A stretch of 32,696 nt of DNA. Origin: Candidatus Dormibacteria bacterium. Lineage in GTDB: Bacteria > Chloroflexota > Dormibacteria > Aeolococcales > Aeolococcaceae. The stretch is taken from assembly GCA_050015875.1 (NCBI GenBank), contig JBEKAP010000002.1:1-32696 (forward strand), read 5' to 3'. Positions 8,943-17,921 of the stretch are shown piece by piece; position 1 is the stretch's first letter; every line of letters starts with the position of its first letter. The position numbers and the translations under genes are program-made. The notes beneath the pieces are model-generated. The model was not told the origin of the DNA. It saw nothing but the letters and a program-made list of their open reading frames with translations, and made no database searches.

Positions 8943-10511
8943 GTGGAGGACTTCGAGAGCCGGTACCGTGCAGTGGCGAGCCGCGATCGCCGCTTCGAGG
9001 GGAGCTTCCTCGTGGCGGTCACCACCACCGGCGTGTACTGCCGCGTGGGGTGCCCCTCGCGGACCCCGCTCCGCGACCACGTCCGCTTCCTCCCCTCCGC
9101 GGCTGCCGCCGAGGCGGCCGGGTTCCGTGCCTGCAAGCGCTGCCGCCCCGACCGGCGGGATGAGCCCGATGGGGCGCTGGTGGGAAGGGCACTCCGGCTG
9201 ATCGCCGGCGGCGCCGCGGACGGCGGTGGGATCGCCGGCGTGGCCCGGCGTCTGGGAGTCAGCCCCCGGACCCTGGATCGCCGCTTCACCGCCGCCATCG
9301 GCGCCTCGCCTCTCCAGCTCGCACGGAGCCGCCGCGTCCAGACCGCCCGCACCCTGATCGTGCAGAGCCCGATGCCGCTCGTGGATGTGGCCTTCGCCGC
9401 CGGCTTCGGCTCCCTCCGCCAGTTCAACGAGACGATGCGAGAGGAGCTCGGGGTCGCTCCCGGCGCTCTCCGCGGCGCTCAGGCCGGAGCCGCCGGTGGC
9501 CGGCCTCGGAGCGGTGACCGGCGCGCGGCACCGGGCCCGGGCGGGGAGAGTGCCGCCGCCGCCCGGTCCGCGCAGGGTGGCAGCGACGGCTGGCTGACGC
9601 TTCGCTTGGCCCGCCGGGAGCCATTCGCGGCGGCACCTCTCCTCTCCTTCCTCGCGGCGCGGGCGGTCGTCGGGGTGGAGTCCGCGACCGCCACCGGATA
9701 CGCCCGCGCCCTGCGTACCCCTGGTGGCGCCGCGGTCGTCCTGCTGACTCCCGGGGACGGCTGCGTGCTCCTGCGGGTGCGGCTGGACGATCTCTCCGAC
9801 CTCGGGGGGGTGGTCAGCCGGTGCCGTCGCCTCCTCGACCTGGACGCCGACCCGGCGGCCGTCGCCGCTGGACTCGGCCGAGACCCGCTGCTCGGCCGGT
9901 TGGTCGACGGCCTGCCGGGGATGAGGGTTCCGGGCAGCGCCGAGCCGTTCGAGACCGCGGTCCGGGCCATCCTTGGCCAGCAGGTGTCCGTGGCGGCGGC
10001 CCGGACCCTCGCCGCGCGCCTGGTCGCCCGCCATGGCGACCCGCTCCGCGCCCCGGCCGGCGGGGTGACCCACCTCTTCCCCTCGCCCGAGTGCCTCGTC
10101 TCAGCCGACCTCGGCGGCCTCGGGCTCACCGGCCGGCGCATCAACTCCGTCCGAGCCCTGAGCCGCGCCGTCGCGTCGGGCGACCTGGATCTCGCCGGGT
10201 CGCCCCTTGATCAGATCGACGCGAAGCTCTGCCGGCTGCCCGGCTTCGGGCCCTGGACCCGTGCCTACGTCGCCATGCGTGTCCGCGGCGATCCGGACGC
10301 CATCCCGCTGTCCGACCTCGGGCTGCGGCGGGCGATGGAGCGGCTCGGGGAGCCCGCCGACATCGGCAGCCTGTCCCGTCGCGCAGAGCTCTGGCGCCCC
10401 TGGCGCGCGTATGCCGCCCTCCACCTCTGGGCCACACTCCCGGCCCCGTCCGGGGTCGCCGGTGGCATCTCCCTACCCGACCCGCTCGACCCACAGGAGA
10501 CCACCCCATGA
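8943..10511 (+). CDS. alkA: Ada-AlkA fusion: Ada N-terminal Zn methylphosphotriester-repair domain + AraC-type HTH + DNA-3-methyladenine glycosylase II (HhH-GPD)
   Basis: GTG start. All four Ada Zn cysteines are present (VYCRVGCPSR...ACKRCRPD). AraC HTH region: IAGVARRLGVSPRTLDRRF...LIVQSPMPLVDVAFAAGFGSLRQFNE. The AlkA N-domain and HhH-GPD region (ILGQQVSVAAARTLAARLV...GFGPWTRAYVAMRVRGDPDAIPLSDLGLRRAM) include the catalytic Asp. This is the same architecture and neighbour as the mycobacterial alkA-ogt pair. Confidence 0.88.
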   Translation: MEDFESRYRAVASRDRRFEGSFLVAVTTTGVYCRVGCPSRTPLRDHVRFLPSAAAAEAAGFRACKRCRPDRRDEPDGALVGRALRLIAGGAADGGGIAGVARRLGVSPRTLDRRFTAAIGASPLQLARSRRVQTARTLIVQSPMPLVDVAFAAGFGSLRQFNETMREELGVAPGALRGAQAGAAGGRPRSGDRRAAPGPGGESAAAARSAQGGSDGWLTLRLARREPFAAAPLLSFLAARAVVGVESATATGYARALRTPGGAAVVLLTPGDGCVLLRVRLDDLSDLGGVVSRCRRLLDLDADPAAVAAGLGRDPLLGRLVDGLPGMRVPGSAEPFETAVRAILGQQVSVAAARTLAARLVARHGDPLRAPAGGVTHLFPSPECLVSADLGGLGLTGRRINSVRALSRAVASGDLDLAGSPLDQIDAKLCRLPGFGPWTRAYVAMRVRGDPDAIPLSDLGLRRAMERLGEPADIGSLSRRAELWRPWRAYAALHLWATLPAPSGVAGGISLPDPLDPQETTP

Positions 10512-11026
10512 GCTACCACGCCGTGACTGTCTCGACCCCCGTGGGTGCCTTCACCGCGATCGCGGATGGTGGCACCGTCGTGGCGAGCGGCTTCACCGCC
10601 GGTGCCGACGAGCTGCGCCACCACCTCCCCGATCCGAGCGCGGAGATCCGCGAGCGCGCGGAGCTGGGGCCGATCTCGTCGGCGCTGGCAGCGTACTTCA
10701 CGGGAGCCGACGTCACCGCCCTCGATCGGCTCCCCGTGCGAATGAAGGGGAGCCCAGCGATGCGCCGTCTCTGGGACGAGCTGCGCCACATCCCCGCGGG
10801 GGAGGTCCGCAGCTATGCCCAGCTCGGGGGCGACCGCCGCCACGCTCGCGCCGCCGGCTCGGCCTGTGCCCGCAATCCCGTCTCGCTCATCGTGCCCTGC
10901 CATCGGGTGGTGCGCACCGATGGATCTCTCGGCGGCTTCGGATGGGGACTCCCCCTCAAGCGGTGGCTCATCGACCACGAGGCGGCCGCCATGAGACGGC
11001 GCGCAGAGGTCACCGAGGCCCGCTGA
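10508..11026 (+). CDS. ogt: Methylated-DNA--protein-cysteine methyltransferase (O6-alkylguanine transferase)
   Basis: ATGA overlap with alkA (10508-10511). Active-site IVPCHRVV, plus SYAQLG and NPVSLIVPCHRVVRTDGSLGGF. Confidence 0.9.
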   Translation: MSYHAVTVSTPVGAFTAIADGGTVVASGFTAGADELRHHLPDPSAEIRERAELGPISSALAAYFTGADVTALDRLPVRMKGSPAMRRLWDELRHIPAGEVRSYAQLGGDRRHARAAGSACARNPVSLIVPCHRVVRTDGSLGGFGWGLPLKRWLIDHEAAAMRRRAEVTEAR

Positions 11027-11032
11027 TCACCC

Positions 11033-11845
11033 TCACCAGACGCCGGGGATCAGCCGGGATCGACCCGCCGCCCACGCCGTCCACTCGGGGAAGGACCGGC
11101 TGAGGAGGCTCTCCTCGTAATGGATCCGGGTCACCTGAAGGCCGCAGAAGACAGCGACCAGTGCGATCACGACGAGGTGGCCGTTGGAGACCATCATCGC
11201 GAGCCCCGAGAGGATCTCGCAGACGTAGAGGGGGTGGCGAACCAGGCGGTAGGGGCCGCCGGTCACGAGGCGCCGCGCGGCGGGGAAGATGCCGAAGGAG
11301 AGCCGAAGGGTCAGGAGACCCCAGACGGCGCCGGCCGTCGCGGCCACCAGGACCATGGTGCATGCGGTCGCCACCCAGGCCGGAACGGCAAAGATCACGG
11401 CCCCACCCGCGAGGCTGGTCCCGCACAGGAGCAGGATCGCGGTCCCGAGGAAGGCGACGAGCCGCGGTAGGACGCGACCGTCCGCGGTCCGCGGCTTCGG
11501 CCGGATCACGAAGAGGACGACCGGGATCAGGCAGAAGGCTGCGAATAGCGCCTCTCGGACCGGTCCGCCCACCACCGTCACCCAGTTGACCGGGGAGAGG
11601 TGCTGGTTGACGGCGTTGATCACCACCTCGTAGCCGAGCACCGCATAGAGGACGGCTGGGAGGATCCGGCCCATCAGCAGGTAGCGAATGTCGGAGAGGG
11701 CTCCGTCTGGCCGCCCCAGGGCGGCCGAGGGGACGGCCAGCGGCGCGGCCGAGGGGACGGCGAGCGGGGTGGTCGGGGTACCGCCCGCGCGAGCGGCGTC
11801 GAACGCTCTCACGCCGGAAGTATCTGGCAGGCGCTCCACCGTCAA
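11033..11845 (-). CDS. Isoprenylcysteine carboxyl methyltransferase (ICMT)/phospholipid methyltransferase-family membrane protein
   Basis: Multi-TM protein ending in LVTGGPYRLVRHPLYVCEILSGLAMMV...RIHYEESLL, the ICMT/PEMT signature. The low-complexity N-terminal ~55 aa carries a duplicated PLAVPSAA. ATG 11674 is a possible later start. Its stop is 6 nt from the ogt stop (convergent). Confidence 0.75.
   Translation of the reverse strand: MTVERLPDTSGVRAFDAARAGGTPTTPLAVPSAAPLAVPSAALGRPDGALSDIRYLLMGRILPAVLYAVLGYEVVINAVNQHLSPVNWVTVVGGPVREALFAAFCLIPVVLFVIRPKPRTADGRVLPRLVAFLGTAILLLCGTSLAGGAVIFAVPAWVATACTMVLVAATAGAVWGLLTLRLSFGIFPAARRLVTGGPYRLVRHPLYVCEILSGLAMMVSNGHLVVIALVAVFCGLQVTRIHYEESLLSRSFPEWTAWAAGRSRLIPGVW
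11723..11770. repeat. Imperfect 24-nt tandem duplication (21/24 identical) inside the ICMT-family N-terminus
   Basis: ggccgaggggacggccagcggcgc / ggccgaggggacggcgagcggggt. On the minus strand it encodes PLAVPSAA twice. Confidence 0.6.
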
Positions 11846-11894
11846 ACTCGAGCAACCAACCCGTCACCCCCTCCGGCAGGCGGCGTTGCAGTGG

Positions 11895-14132
11895 TTACCG
11901 CAGATCGGGAATCCAGGCGTCCGTGGCGCCACCTGCCCACTCCAGGCTGCGCCGCGTCAGCTTCCTGCCGCGCCGTGCGGCGACCACGATGGCGGCGACC
12001 AGCAGGGCGTTGCCGACCACCAGGAACACGATGATCTGGGGGCCGTTTCCCATGTGGATGCCGGAGACCAGGGAGATGAGGTCGATCGGGGGCACCGCCG
12101 AGGTGTCCAGCTGGTCGGGATTCACCGCCCCCGAACCCGCCGCGCCGCTCGGCCGGCTCGGCGGCGGCGGGGTCACCGGCGTGACGATCACCGGGGCCGG
12201 TGCCGGCGAGCTGCTCGTGCCCTTCGGCGATGGCGTGGCAGTCGGGGTCGCGGACGCGCCGGGTTTGGGGGTGGGTGTCGGCTGCGGCGTCGAGGTGGGC
12301 TGTGGCGTTGCCGTCGGCTGAGGCGTTGCGGTTGGCTGGGGAGTGGCCGTCGGCTTGGGCGTTGCGGTCGGCTGGGGTGTGGGCGTCGGTGACCCCGACG
12401 CCTCCACGGTCTCCGTCGTCGACCCCGACGAGGCCGCGAAGTTCTGGTCGCCCGCGTAGCTGGCGGCGAGGGTCTGGGTGCCGGCGGCCAGGGTCGAGAG
12501 TGTCAGAGAGGCCTGTCCCAGGCTGCCGACGGCGATCGCCTCAGGGTCGGCACCGTTCACGGTGAAGGTGATGGTCCCGGTGGGGGTGAGGCTGGAGGAG
12601 GGGTGGTTGATCGTCGCGGTGACGATGACCGCATGGCCCTGTGGCGACGGGTTGAGGGAGGTGGCCACGGTGAGGGTCGTCGGGGCGGCCACTCGCGTCA
12701 CGGTCACCGCCACCGACGACGAGGAGGCTGCCGAGGTGTACCAGGCCGCGGCCGCGGCGTTGGGCAGGTACTCGGCCGTGATCGAGGGGTAGCTGCCGGC
12801 GCTCAGAAGGACGGAAGCATCCGCCAGCGCGTCATTGGTGGGGAGGACTGGAGTGGTCGCCGCACTGCCGAGCAGGGCCGTGCCCTGGAGGAAATCCACC
12901 GTGCCACTCGGGTAGGGCGCACCGCTCAGCCCGAACACCACCGCACTCAGGGTCACACTCTGGCCCGCGTCCACCGACGTGGGGGCCGCGGCGATCGTGA
13001 TCAGCCCCGGCGGCGCGGGGGCGGACTCGGAGATGGCATCGGCGACGGCCTCCGCAAGGCCTGTGCGGGATGCCGGGGAGTGGTGGCTGTCCAGGGTGAT
13101 GCCGGTCGCGGGTGTGGAGCGGGCGGCCGTCGTCACGCAGCCAGAGGCGCACCCCGAGCCGGTCGTGACCGGGAGGGCGACCGAGGCGGACGTGGAGGGG
13201 CTGAAGTCGCCGGTGCCCGCGTAGGCCGCCGAGAGCTGCTGCTCGCTCGCATGGGCGAAGCAGGCGACCAGCGACGCCGTCCCGTCACTCAGTGTCGCCG
13301 TGCCGACGCTGGAGCCGCCGGCCGAGAAGGTCACCGTCCCGGTCGGAGGGGCGGTGGGCGAGGTCACGGTGGCGGTCATGGTCACCTTCTGGCCTGTCAC
13401 CGCCGCGGTGGGGGAGACCGTCAGGGTTGTGGCTGTCGAGGCGGCATCGATCGTCTCGGTCACCGCGGCGCTCACCGAGGCTGCGAAATTGCCATCCCCG
13501 GCGTAGGCGGCGGTGAGCGCATCGGCTCCCGCCCCGAGCGAGGAGACGACCACCGCCGCGGTGCCCCCGGAGAGGGTTGCCGACCCGACGGCCGAGCCGC
13601 CGCTCATCAGCTTCACGGTGCCGGTCGGCACTCCCGTCCCACCGCCGGGCACGACCGACACCACGAAGAGGAGGGTCTCGCCGTAGGGGGCTGGATTGAC
13701 CGTTGGGATCAGCACCGTCATGGACCCCTGGACGTTGACCTGCTGCTCGAGTGTCGCTGATGCCGACGCGGCGAACGTCGCCGACCCTGAGTACTTGGCC
13801 GTGATCGCCTGCGTGCCCGCCGCGAGCGCCGATTCGGCGAGCGCCGCCTGGCCCGTCGATCCGAGGTTGACCGTGCCGAGGCTGGTCCCACCCTCCTCGA
13901 AGCTCACCGATCCGCCGGGCACGGCCGTTCCGCTCGCCGGGATCACGGTCGCGGTGAGGATCACCTGATCACCGTAGGCGGATGGGTTCTCCGAGGAGGT
14001 GAGCGTCACGCTGGTCGCGATCTCGCTGCAGCACGCCAGCGCCACCAGCGGCACGGCGAGGGCACTGCCGGTGGCGGCGAGCAGCAGCGCGCCGAACGGC
14101 CACGATCCGCGTCGTCCCGGCGTTGCTCTCAT
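11895..14132 (-). CDS. Secreted, C-terminally membrane-anchored protein with five bacterial Ig-like (Big_3_5-type) repeats and a Pro/Thr linker
   Basis: Signal peptide MRATPGRRGSWPFGALLLAATGSALAVPLVALA. Five ~90-aa repeats share the pattern xTLTxSxNPSxxGxxVxxTATV...PTGTVTF..G...LGTA.L...G.A.L..S.L.AG...xxAxYxGDxNFxxS. The linker is TPQPTA-type, and the C-terminus has a TM helix (IIVFLVVGNALLVAAIVVAA) plus RRGRK, with no LPXTG. ATG 14132 is chosen over 14246/14198 because GC3 collapses upstream of it. GGGAGG lies only 2 nt upstream, which is short spacing. Confidence 0.75.
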   Translation of the reverse strand: MRATPGRRGSWPFGALLLAATGSALAVPLVALACCSEIATSVTLTSSENPSAYGDQVILTATVIPASGTAVPGGSVSFEEGGTSLGTVNLGSTGQAALAESALAAGTQAITAKYSGSATFAASASATLEQQVNVQGSMTVLIPTVNPAPYGETLLFVVSVVPGGGTGVPTGTVKLMSGGSAVGSATLSGGTAAVVVSSLGAGADALTAAYAGDGNFAASVSAAVTETIDAASTATTLTVSPTAAVTGQKVTMTATVTSPTAPPTGTVTFSAGGSSVGTATLSDGTASLVACFAHASEQQLSAAYAGTGDFSPSTSASVALPVTTGSGCASGCVTTAARSTPATGITLDSHHSPASRTGLAEAVADAISESAPAPPGLITIAAAPTSVDAGQSVTLSAVVFGLSGAPYPSGTVDFLQGTALLGSAATTPVLPTNDALADASVLLSAGSYPSITAEYLPNAAAAAWYTSAASSSSVAVTVTRVAAPTTLTVATSLNPSPQGHAVIVTATINHPSSSLTPTGTITFTVNGADPEAIAVGSLGQASLTLSTLAAGTQTLAASYAGDQNFAASSGSTTETVEASGSPTPTPQPTATPKPTATPQPTATPQPTATPQPTSTPQPTPTPKPGASATPTATPSPKGTSSSPAPAPVIVTPVTPPPPSRPSGAAGSGAVNPDQLDTSAVPPIDLISLVSGIHMGNGPQIIVFLVVGNALLVAAIVVAARRGRKLTRRSLEWAGGATDAWIPDLR
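12262..12387. repeat. About seven degenerate copies of an 18-nt tandem unit (ggctgNggcgttgcNgtc) encoding the (TPQPTA)n linker
   Basis: Units fall at 12262, 12280, 12298, 12316, 12334, 12352 and 12370. The minus-strand translation is PTPTPQPTATPKPTATPQPTATPQPTATPQPTSTPQPTPTPKP. Confidence 0.7.
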
Positions 14133-14288
14133 CGCCTCCCGAGAGTAGGACCATCGGACGGTTGCCGGACCGTCAGCCGCCTCGCGGACTGATGACATTC
14201 CTGTGATGTCGGACCATGAAGCCACACATCCGTGACCGGCTGCCACGAGGCGGTCACACGCCGGTCGCGAAGGCCGCCACGGGCGGTG

Positions 14289-16745
14289 TCAGCCGGGCGT
14301 CAGATCCGCGTCGCTCGCCACCTGCGACTGCCGCGATGCGGTCAGGTCGACCTGGTCCTCAGAGCGCATCGCCGGTGGGTGGCAGGGCCAGTCGAGCCGC
14401 ACCCTGGTTCCCCGACCGGGAGCGGACTCCAGGGTCACGGTGGCCCCGTGCGCCTCGGTCAGGACCTTGACCAGGGAGAGCCCCACGCCCATCCCGCCAT
14501 AGGCGCGGGTGCCTCCGCTGTCGGCCTGGAAGAAACGCTCGAAGACCCGTTCGTGGAGCGCGGGGTCGATGCCGATGCCGGTGTCGCTCACCTCGATGGT
14601 GCAGCGCTCGCCGTGTGGGTGGGAGCGGGCCGAGATGACCACGCTGCCTCCGGGATCGGTGAACTTGACCGCATTGTCGAGCAGGCAGCGGATCACCTGG
14701 CGCAGCCGGTCGCGGTCCGCGTCCACCTTGAGACGGGCCGGGATGTCGACCGTCAGCTTCACGGGCAGTCCGTGGGGGAACCGTCGTGTCACCTCGCCCA
14801 CGGCGTCGTCGACGGTGGCTGCAAGGGCGACCTTCCTGCGGTGCATGCGCAGGTTGTCCGCGCTGACCAGGGAGAGGTCGATCATGGTCTCCAGCATCTC
14901 CGAGAGCTGGCTGGTCGCCACCTCGACGTTGCCCAGGATGGCGAGCTTCTGCTCGTCGTCCGCCTCCGACCAGACCATGCGGATCAGCTCCAGATGCCCG
15001 ACGATGGCGGTGAGCGGGGTGCGCAGCTCGTGCTGCGCGGTGGCGAGGAAGTCGGATTTCATCTCGTCCAGCTCGCGCAACCTGCGCACGGTCTCCCGCT
15101 CCTGCTCGAAGAGCCTCGTGTTCTCCACCGCGATGGCGGCGTTGTTGGCGAGTGCGGAGAGGGCGCGCGCGTCGGCGTCGGAGACGCTGTCCGGGCCGGT
15201 CACCGCGATCGCGCCGGTGACCCTCTGCCGGTACAGCATCGGGACGACGAGCGTCGCCCGCGACCACGTGGGGGTGCCCTGCGGCTCCGGCTCCCCCCGG
15301 CTGCGCGTGAGACGAGCGGGGCGCCCCTCCAGCACGTCCGCCACCACCGCCTGAGCCAGCTCGAATTCCCCGGCTCCGGCCGTACCCTCGCCGTCCGCTC
15401 CCCCGGTCGCGATGTCGGCCACACCGTGGCTTCGGGCACTGACCACAAGCTGGTCTCCCTCGCGTGCCAGGAGCACCGCCTCTGAGCGCGGGCCGGCCAG
15501 GGACGCGGCAGCCGCGCAGACGGCGCCCTCCAGGCTCGAGACACCGGCGGTGGTGGTGGTCAGGGCCCGGGACACCTCGTCCAGTCGCGTCACGGCCGCG
15601 TCGACGTGGCGGATGTTGGTCTCGATCTGGCTCCGCATCTGGTTGACCTGTCGCGCCAGCACCCCCAGCTCGTCCCGGGACCGGACCGGGATGTCGGAGC
15701 TGTAGTCACCCCCGGCGATGCGCGCCACACCGGCCGAGAGCTGAGCCACCGGCCGCCGGACGAATCGGTTCACAAAGAGCAGCACCAGCAGGAAGGTGAC
15801 GAGCAGGGCGGTGAGCGCCAGCCACACCACGGTCAGCTCATCGGTCGTCTGGTCGCCGAGGAAGAGCGAGATCGGGGTCTCCACACCCACGTAGAGCACC
15901 GGGGCGCCACTGTTGGGATTCATCCCCTCCAGGGCGATGGCGTTGTCGCCCGAGAGGGGGACCGTGGAGAAGCCGGCGAAGCTGCCCGACGACCGGCCGA
16001 GACCGGCCCTGATCGAGGAGGGGACGGCCTCCGCCGAGAGGGTGGGGGCGGCCGGATTGCCGGACAGGGCGTAGAGGGCCGCGCCCGGGCGGTTGGCGAT
16101 GATGACCGGGGTGTAGCCCTGCCCCACCGCGCCGAGGAGCCGGAGCAACTGGTCGGTGAGCGGCATGCTGTAGACGACGGCGCCGAGGACCTGGGTGGAT
16201 CCCGACGCCATCACGGGGGCGGCGAAGTCATACACCGGGATCCTGGAGGTCAGGAAGTCGATGGCCTCGGCAGGATTGCCCCGGAGCGCTCCTGCCACCT
16301 CGGGGAGGCCGGAGGAGAGCTCGGGCACACCGGCCAGGTCGGTGGTGGCGAGCAGCGTTCCGCTGGCGTTGAACACCGCCACCGTCTCATCGGGGAGATC
16401 GGTGATGACCTTGGTCGAGCCGGTGAGGAGGTCGGTCAACTGGGTCTGCGGGTCCGCGGAGCTGAGGGCTGTCGCCATCTCGGGCAAACCCGCGACATCC
16501 TGGGCCGCGAAGCGGGCCTGGGGGGCGGCGACCTGCTGCACCAGCTCGCGGTAGGCCTCGGCCCTGCTCTCGGCATTGGTCTCGGCCCCCGTCCGGGTCT
16601 GCTGGTTCCGACTCACCAGGAGGAATGCGCTGATGGCGACGATGATCGTCAGGGACAGGAGGAATCCGCCCAGGAGCAGCCGGGCGGCGAAGGTGATGCG
16701 GGGCCGGCGGATGAACCGCCGTTGCCCAGGCGCGGCGGAGACCAT
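14289..16745 (-). CDS. Sensor histidine kinase: TM - large extracytoplasmic (dCache-like) domain - TM - HAMP - GAF - HisKA - HATPase_c; no cognate response regulator in the window
   Basis: H-box FLATAQHELRTPLTAIVGHLE, N-box LLDNAVKFT, G-boxes DTGIGI and GGMGVGLSLV. HAMP is RRPVAQLSAGVARIAGGDYSSDIPVRSRDELGVLARQVNQM. TM helices are LLLGGFLLSLTIIVAISAFLLV and VVWLALTALLVTFLLVLLFV. ATG 16745 is preferred over 16829 because the 28-codon extension has about 46% A/T at third positions. Confidence 0.85.
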   Translation of the reverse strand: MVSAAPGQRRFIRRPRITFAARLLLGGFLLSLTIIVAISAFLLVSRNQQTRTGAETNAESRAEAYRELVQQVAAPQARFAAQDVAGLPEMATALSSADPQTQLTDLLTGSTKVITDLPDETVAVFNASGTLLATTDLAGVPELSSGLPEVAGALRGNPAEAIDFLTSRIPVYDFAAPVMASGSTQVLGAVVYSMPLTDQLLRLLGAVGQGYTPVIIANRPGAALYALSGNPAAPTLSAEAVPSSIRAGLGRSSGSFAGFSTVPLSGDNAIALEGMNPNSGAPVLYVGVETPISLFLGDQTTDELTVVWLALTALLVTFLLVLLFVNRFVRRPVAQLSAGVARIAGGDYSSDIPVRSRDELGVLARQVNQMRSQIETNIRHVDAAVTRLDEVSRALTTTTAGVSSLEGAVCAAAASLAGPRSEAVLLAREGDQLVVSARSHGVADIATGGADGEGTAGAGEFELAQAVVADVLEGRPARLTRSRGEPEPQGTPTWSRATLVVPMLYRQRVTGAIAVTGPDSVSDADARALSALANNAAIAVENTRLFEQERETVRRLRELDEMKSDFLATAQHELRTPLTAIVGHLELIRMVWSEADDEQKLAILGNVEVATSQLSEMLETMIDLSLVSADNLRMHRRKVALAATVDDAVGEVTRRFPHGLPVKLTVDIPARLKVDADRDRLRQVIRCLLDNAVKFTDPGGSVVISARSHPHGERCTIEVSDTGIGIDPALHERVFERFFQADSGGTRAYGGMGVGLSLVKVLTEAHGATVTLESAPGRGTRVRLDWPCHPPAMRSEDQVDLTASRQSQVASDADLTPG

Positions 16746-16890
16746 GACTGGGTGAAGCGTAGGACCGCGACCCTGAAACCGATCAAATCGAGCGGGAATG
16801 TCGCGGGATTGTCGCAGCACGTTGGTCACCGGGACGGCGCCGTGGGCGGTCCGGCCGGTGCCGCGCGGCGTGGTAGAGTGCGTCGCGACG

Positions 16891-16931
16891 GATCCACTTC
16901 AAGCAGGTCCCGTGAGGCCGGCAAGGGGATC
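16891..16931 (+). promoter_or_regulatory. Candidate PyrR-binding hairpin in the pyrB leader
   Basis: Lower stem gatccactt (16891-16899) pairs with aaggggatc (16923-16931) at 8 of 9 positions. The apical part GGUCCCGUGAGGCC (16906-16919) matches 10 of 14 positions of the Bacillus PyrR binding-loop consensus ARUCCAGAGAGGYU as I recall it. It lies 64-104 nt upstream of the pyrB ATG, and pyrR is encoded in the same operon. No covariance-model search was run. Confidence 0.35.
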
Positions 16932-16994
16932 GGAGCCGGCTGCCGCCGGTGCCCCTCTGCTGCGCCCCACGGGCAGTCGATGGAGGCCACCGCG

Positions 16995-17921
16995 ATGACG
17001 TCGGCCAGCACGACCAGCAGGTTGGAGCACGTCCTCTCCAGCGAGCAGTTCGATCGGCAGAGCCTCGACGACGTCTTTGCCCGCGCCGACCGGCTGGCCG
17101 GGCACCGCGACACCCGCCTTGCCGGGCGGATCATGGCAACCCTCTTCTACGAGCCATCCACCCGAACGCGGCTCAGCTTCGAGTCGGCGATGCTCCGGCT
17201 GGGCGGCTCGGTGATGGGCACCGAGGCGGCCCGGGAGTTCTCCAGCGTGATCAAGGGCGAGACCCTGGAGGACACCATCCGCATGGTCTCCTCCTACGCC
17301 GACGTCATCGTGCTGCGCCACGACCAGGCCGGGGCAGCGGCCCGGGCGGCCGCGGTGGCGTCGGTACCGGTCGTCAACGCTGGGGACGGCCCCGGTGAGC
17401 ACCCGACCCAGGCGCTCCTCGACCTCTACACCATCCGCTGTGAGCGCGGCAGCGCGGATGGGGTTCACATCGCCTTCTGTGGCGACCTCCGCTTCGGCCG
17501 CACCGTGCACTCGCTGGTGCAGCTGCTGAGCCTCCATCCCGGGGTTCGGATGAGCTTCGTGGCTCCCGAGGTGGTCCAGGTGGGCGCCGACCTGCAGGCC
17601 AGGATGACCGCCGCCGGGGTCCCCTTCCAGCTCACCGACCGCCTCGACGGGGTGATCGAGTCCGTGGACGTCGTCTATCAGACCCGGGTCCAGAAGGAGA
17701 GATTCACCGATCTCGCCGACTTCGAGGCGGCGCGGCGTGCGATCCGCATCGACGCCGAGGTGATGCGGGCCCTGCCCGCCAAGGCCATCGTCATGCATCC
17801 CCTCCCCCGGGTCGACGAGATCGCCACCGAGGTGGACGCGGACCCGCGTGCCGCCTACTTCCGCCAGGCGCGCAATGGGGTCGCCGTCCGCATGGCCGTG
17901 CTGGACCTCCTGCTCGGATGA
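16995..17921 (+). CDS. pyrB: Aspartate carbamoyltransferase catalytic subunit
   Basis: MTSASTTSRLEHVLSSEQF..., FYEPSTRTRLSFE, HPTQALLD and HPLPR motifs. GGAGG at 16982-16986 is 8 nt before ATG 16995. The track ORF (from 15606) is an upstream extension antisense to the kinase gene. Confidence 0.92.
   Translation: MTSASTTSRLEHVLSSEQFDRQSLDDVFARADRLAGHRDTRLAGRIMATLFYEPSTRTRLSFESAMLRLGGSVMGTEAAREFSSVIKGETLEDTIRMVSSYADVIVLRHDQAGAAARAAAVASVPVVNAGDGPGEHPTQALLDLYTIRCERGSADGVHIAFCGDLRFGRTVHSLVQLLSLHPGVRMSFVAPEVVQVGADLQARMTAAGVPFQLTDRLDGVIESVDVVYQTRVQKERFTDLADFEAARRAIRIDAEVMRALPAKAIVMHPLPRVDEIATEVDADPRAAYFRQARNGVAVRMAVLDLLLG

Noticed and set aside
15606-16994. Upstream extension of the pyrB ORF (771-aa track ORF) and the forward ORF 14232..15485
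   Set aside because: Both are antisense to the histidine kinase gene. pyrB has a clean GGAGG-ATG start at 16995.
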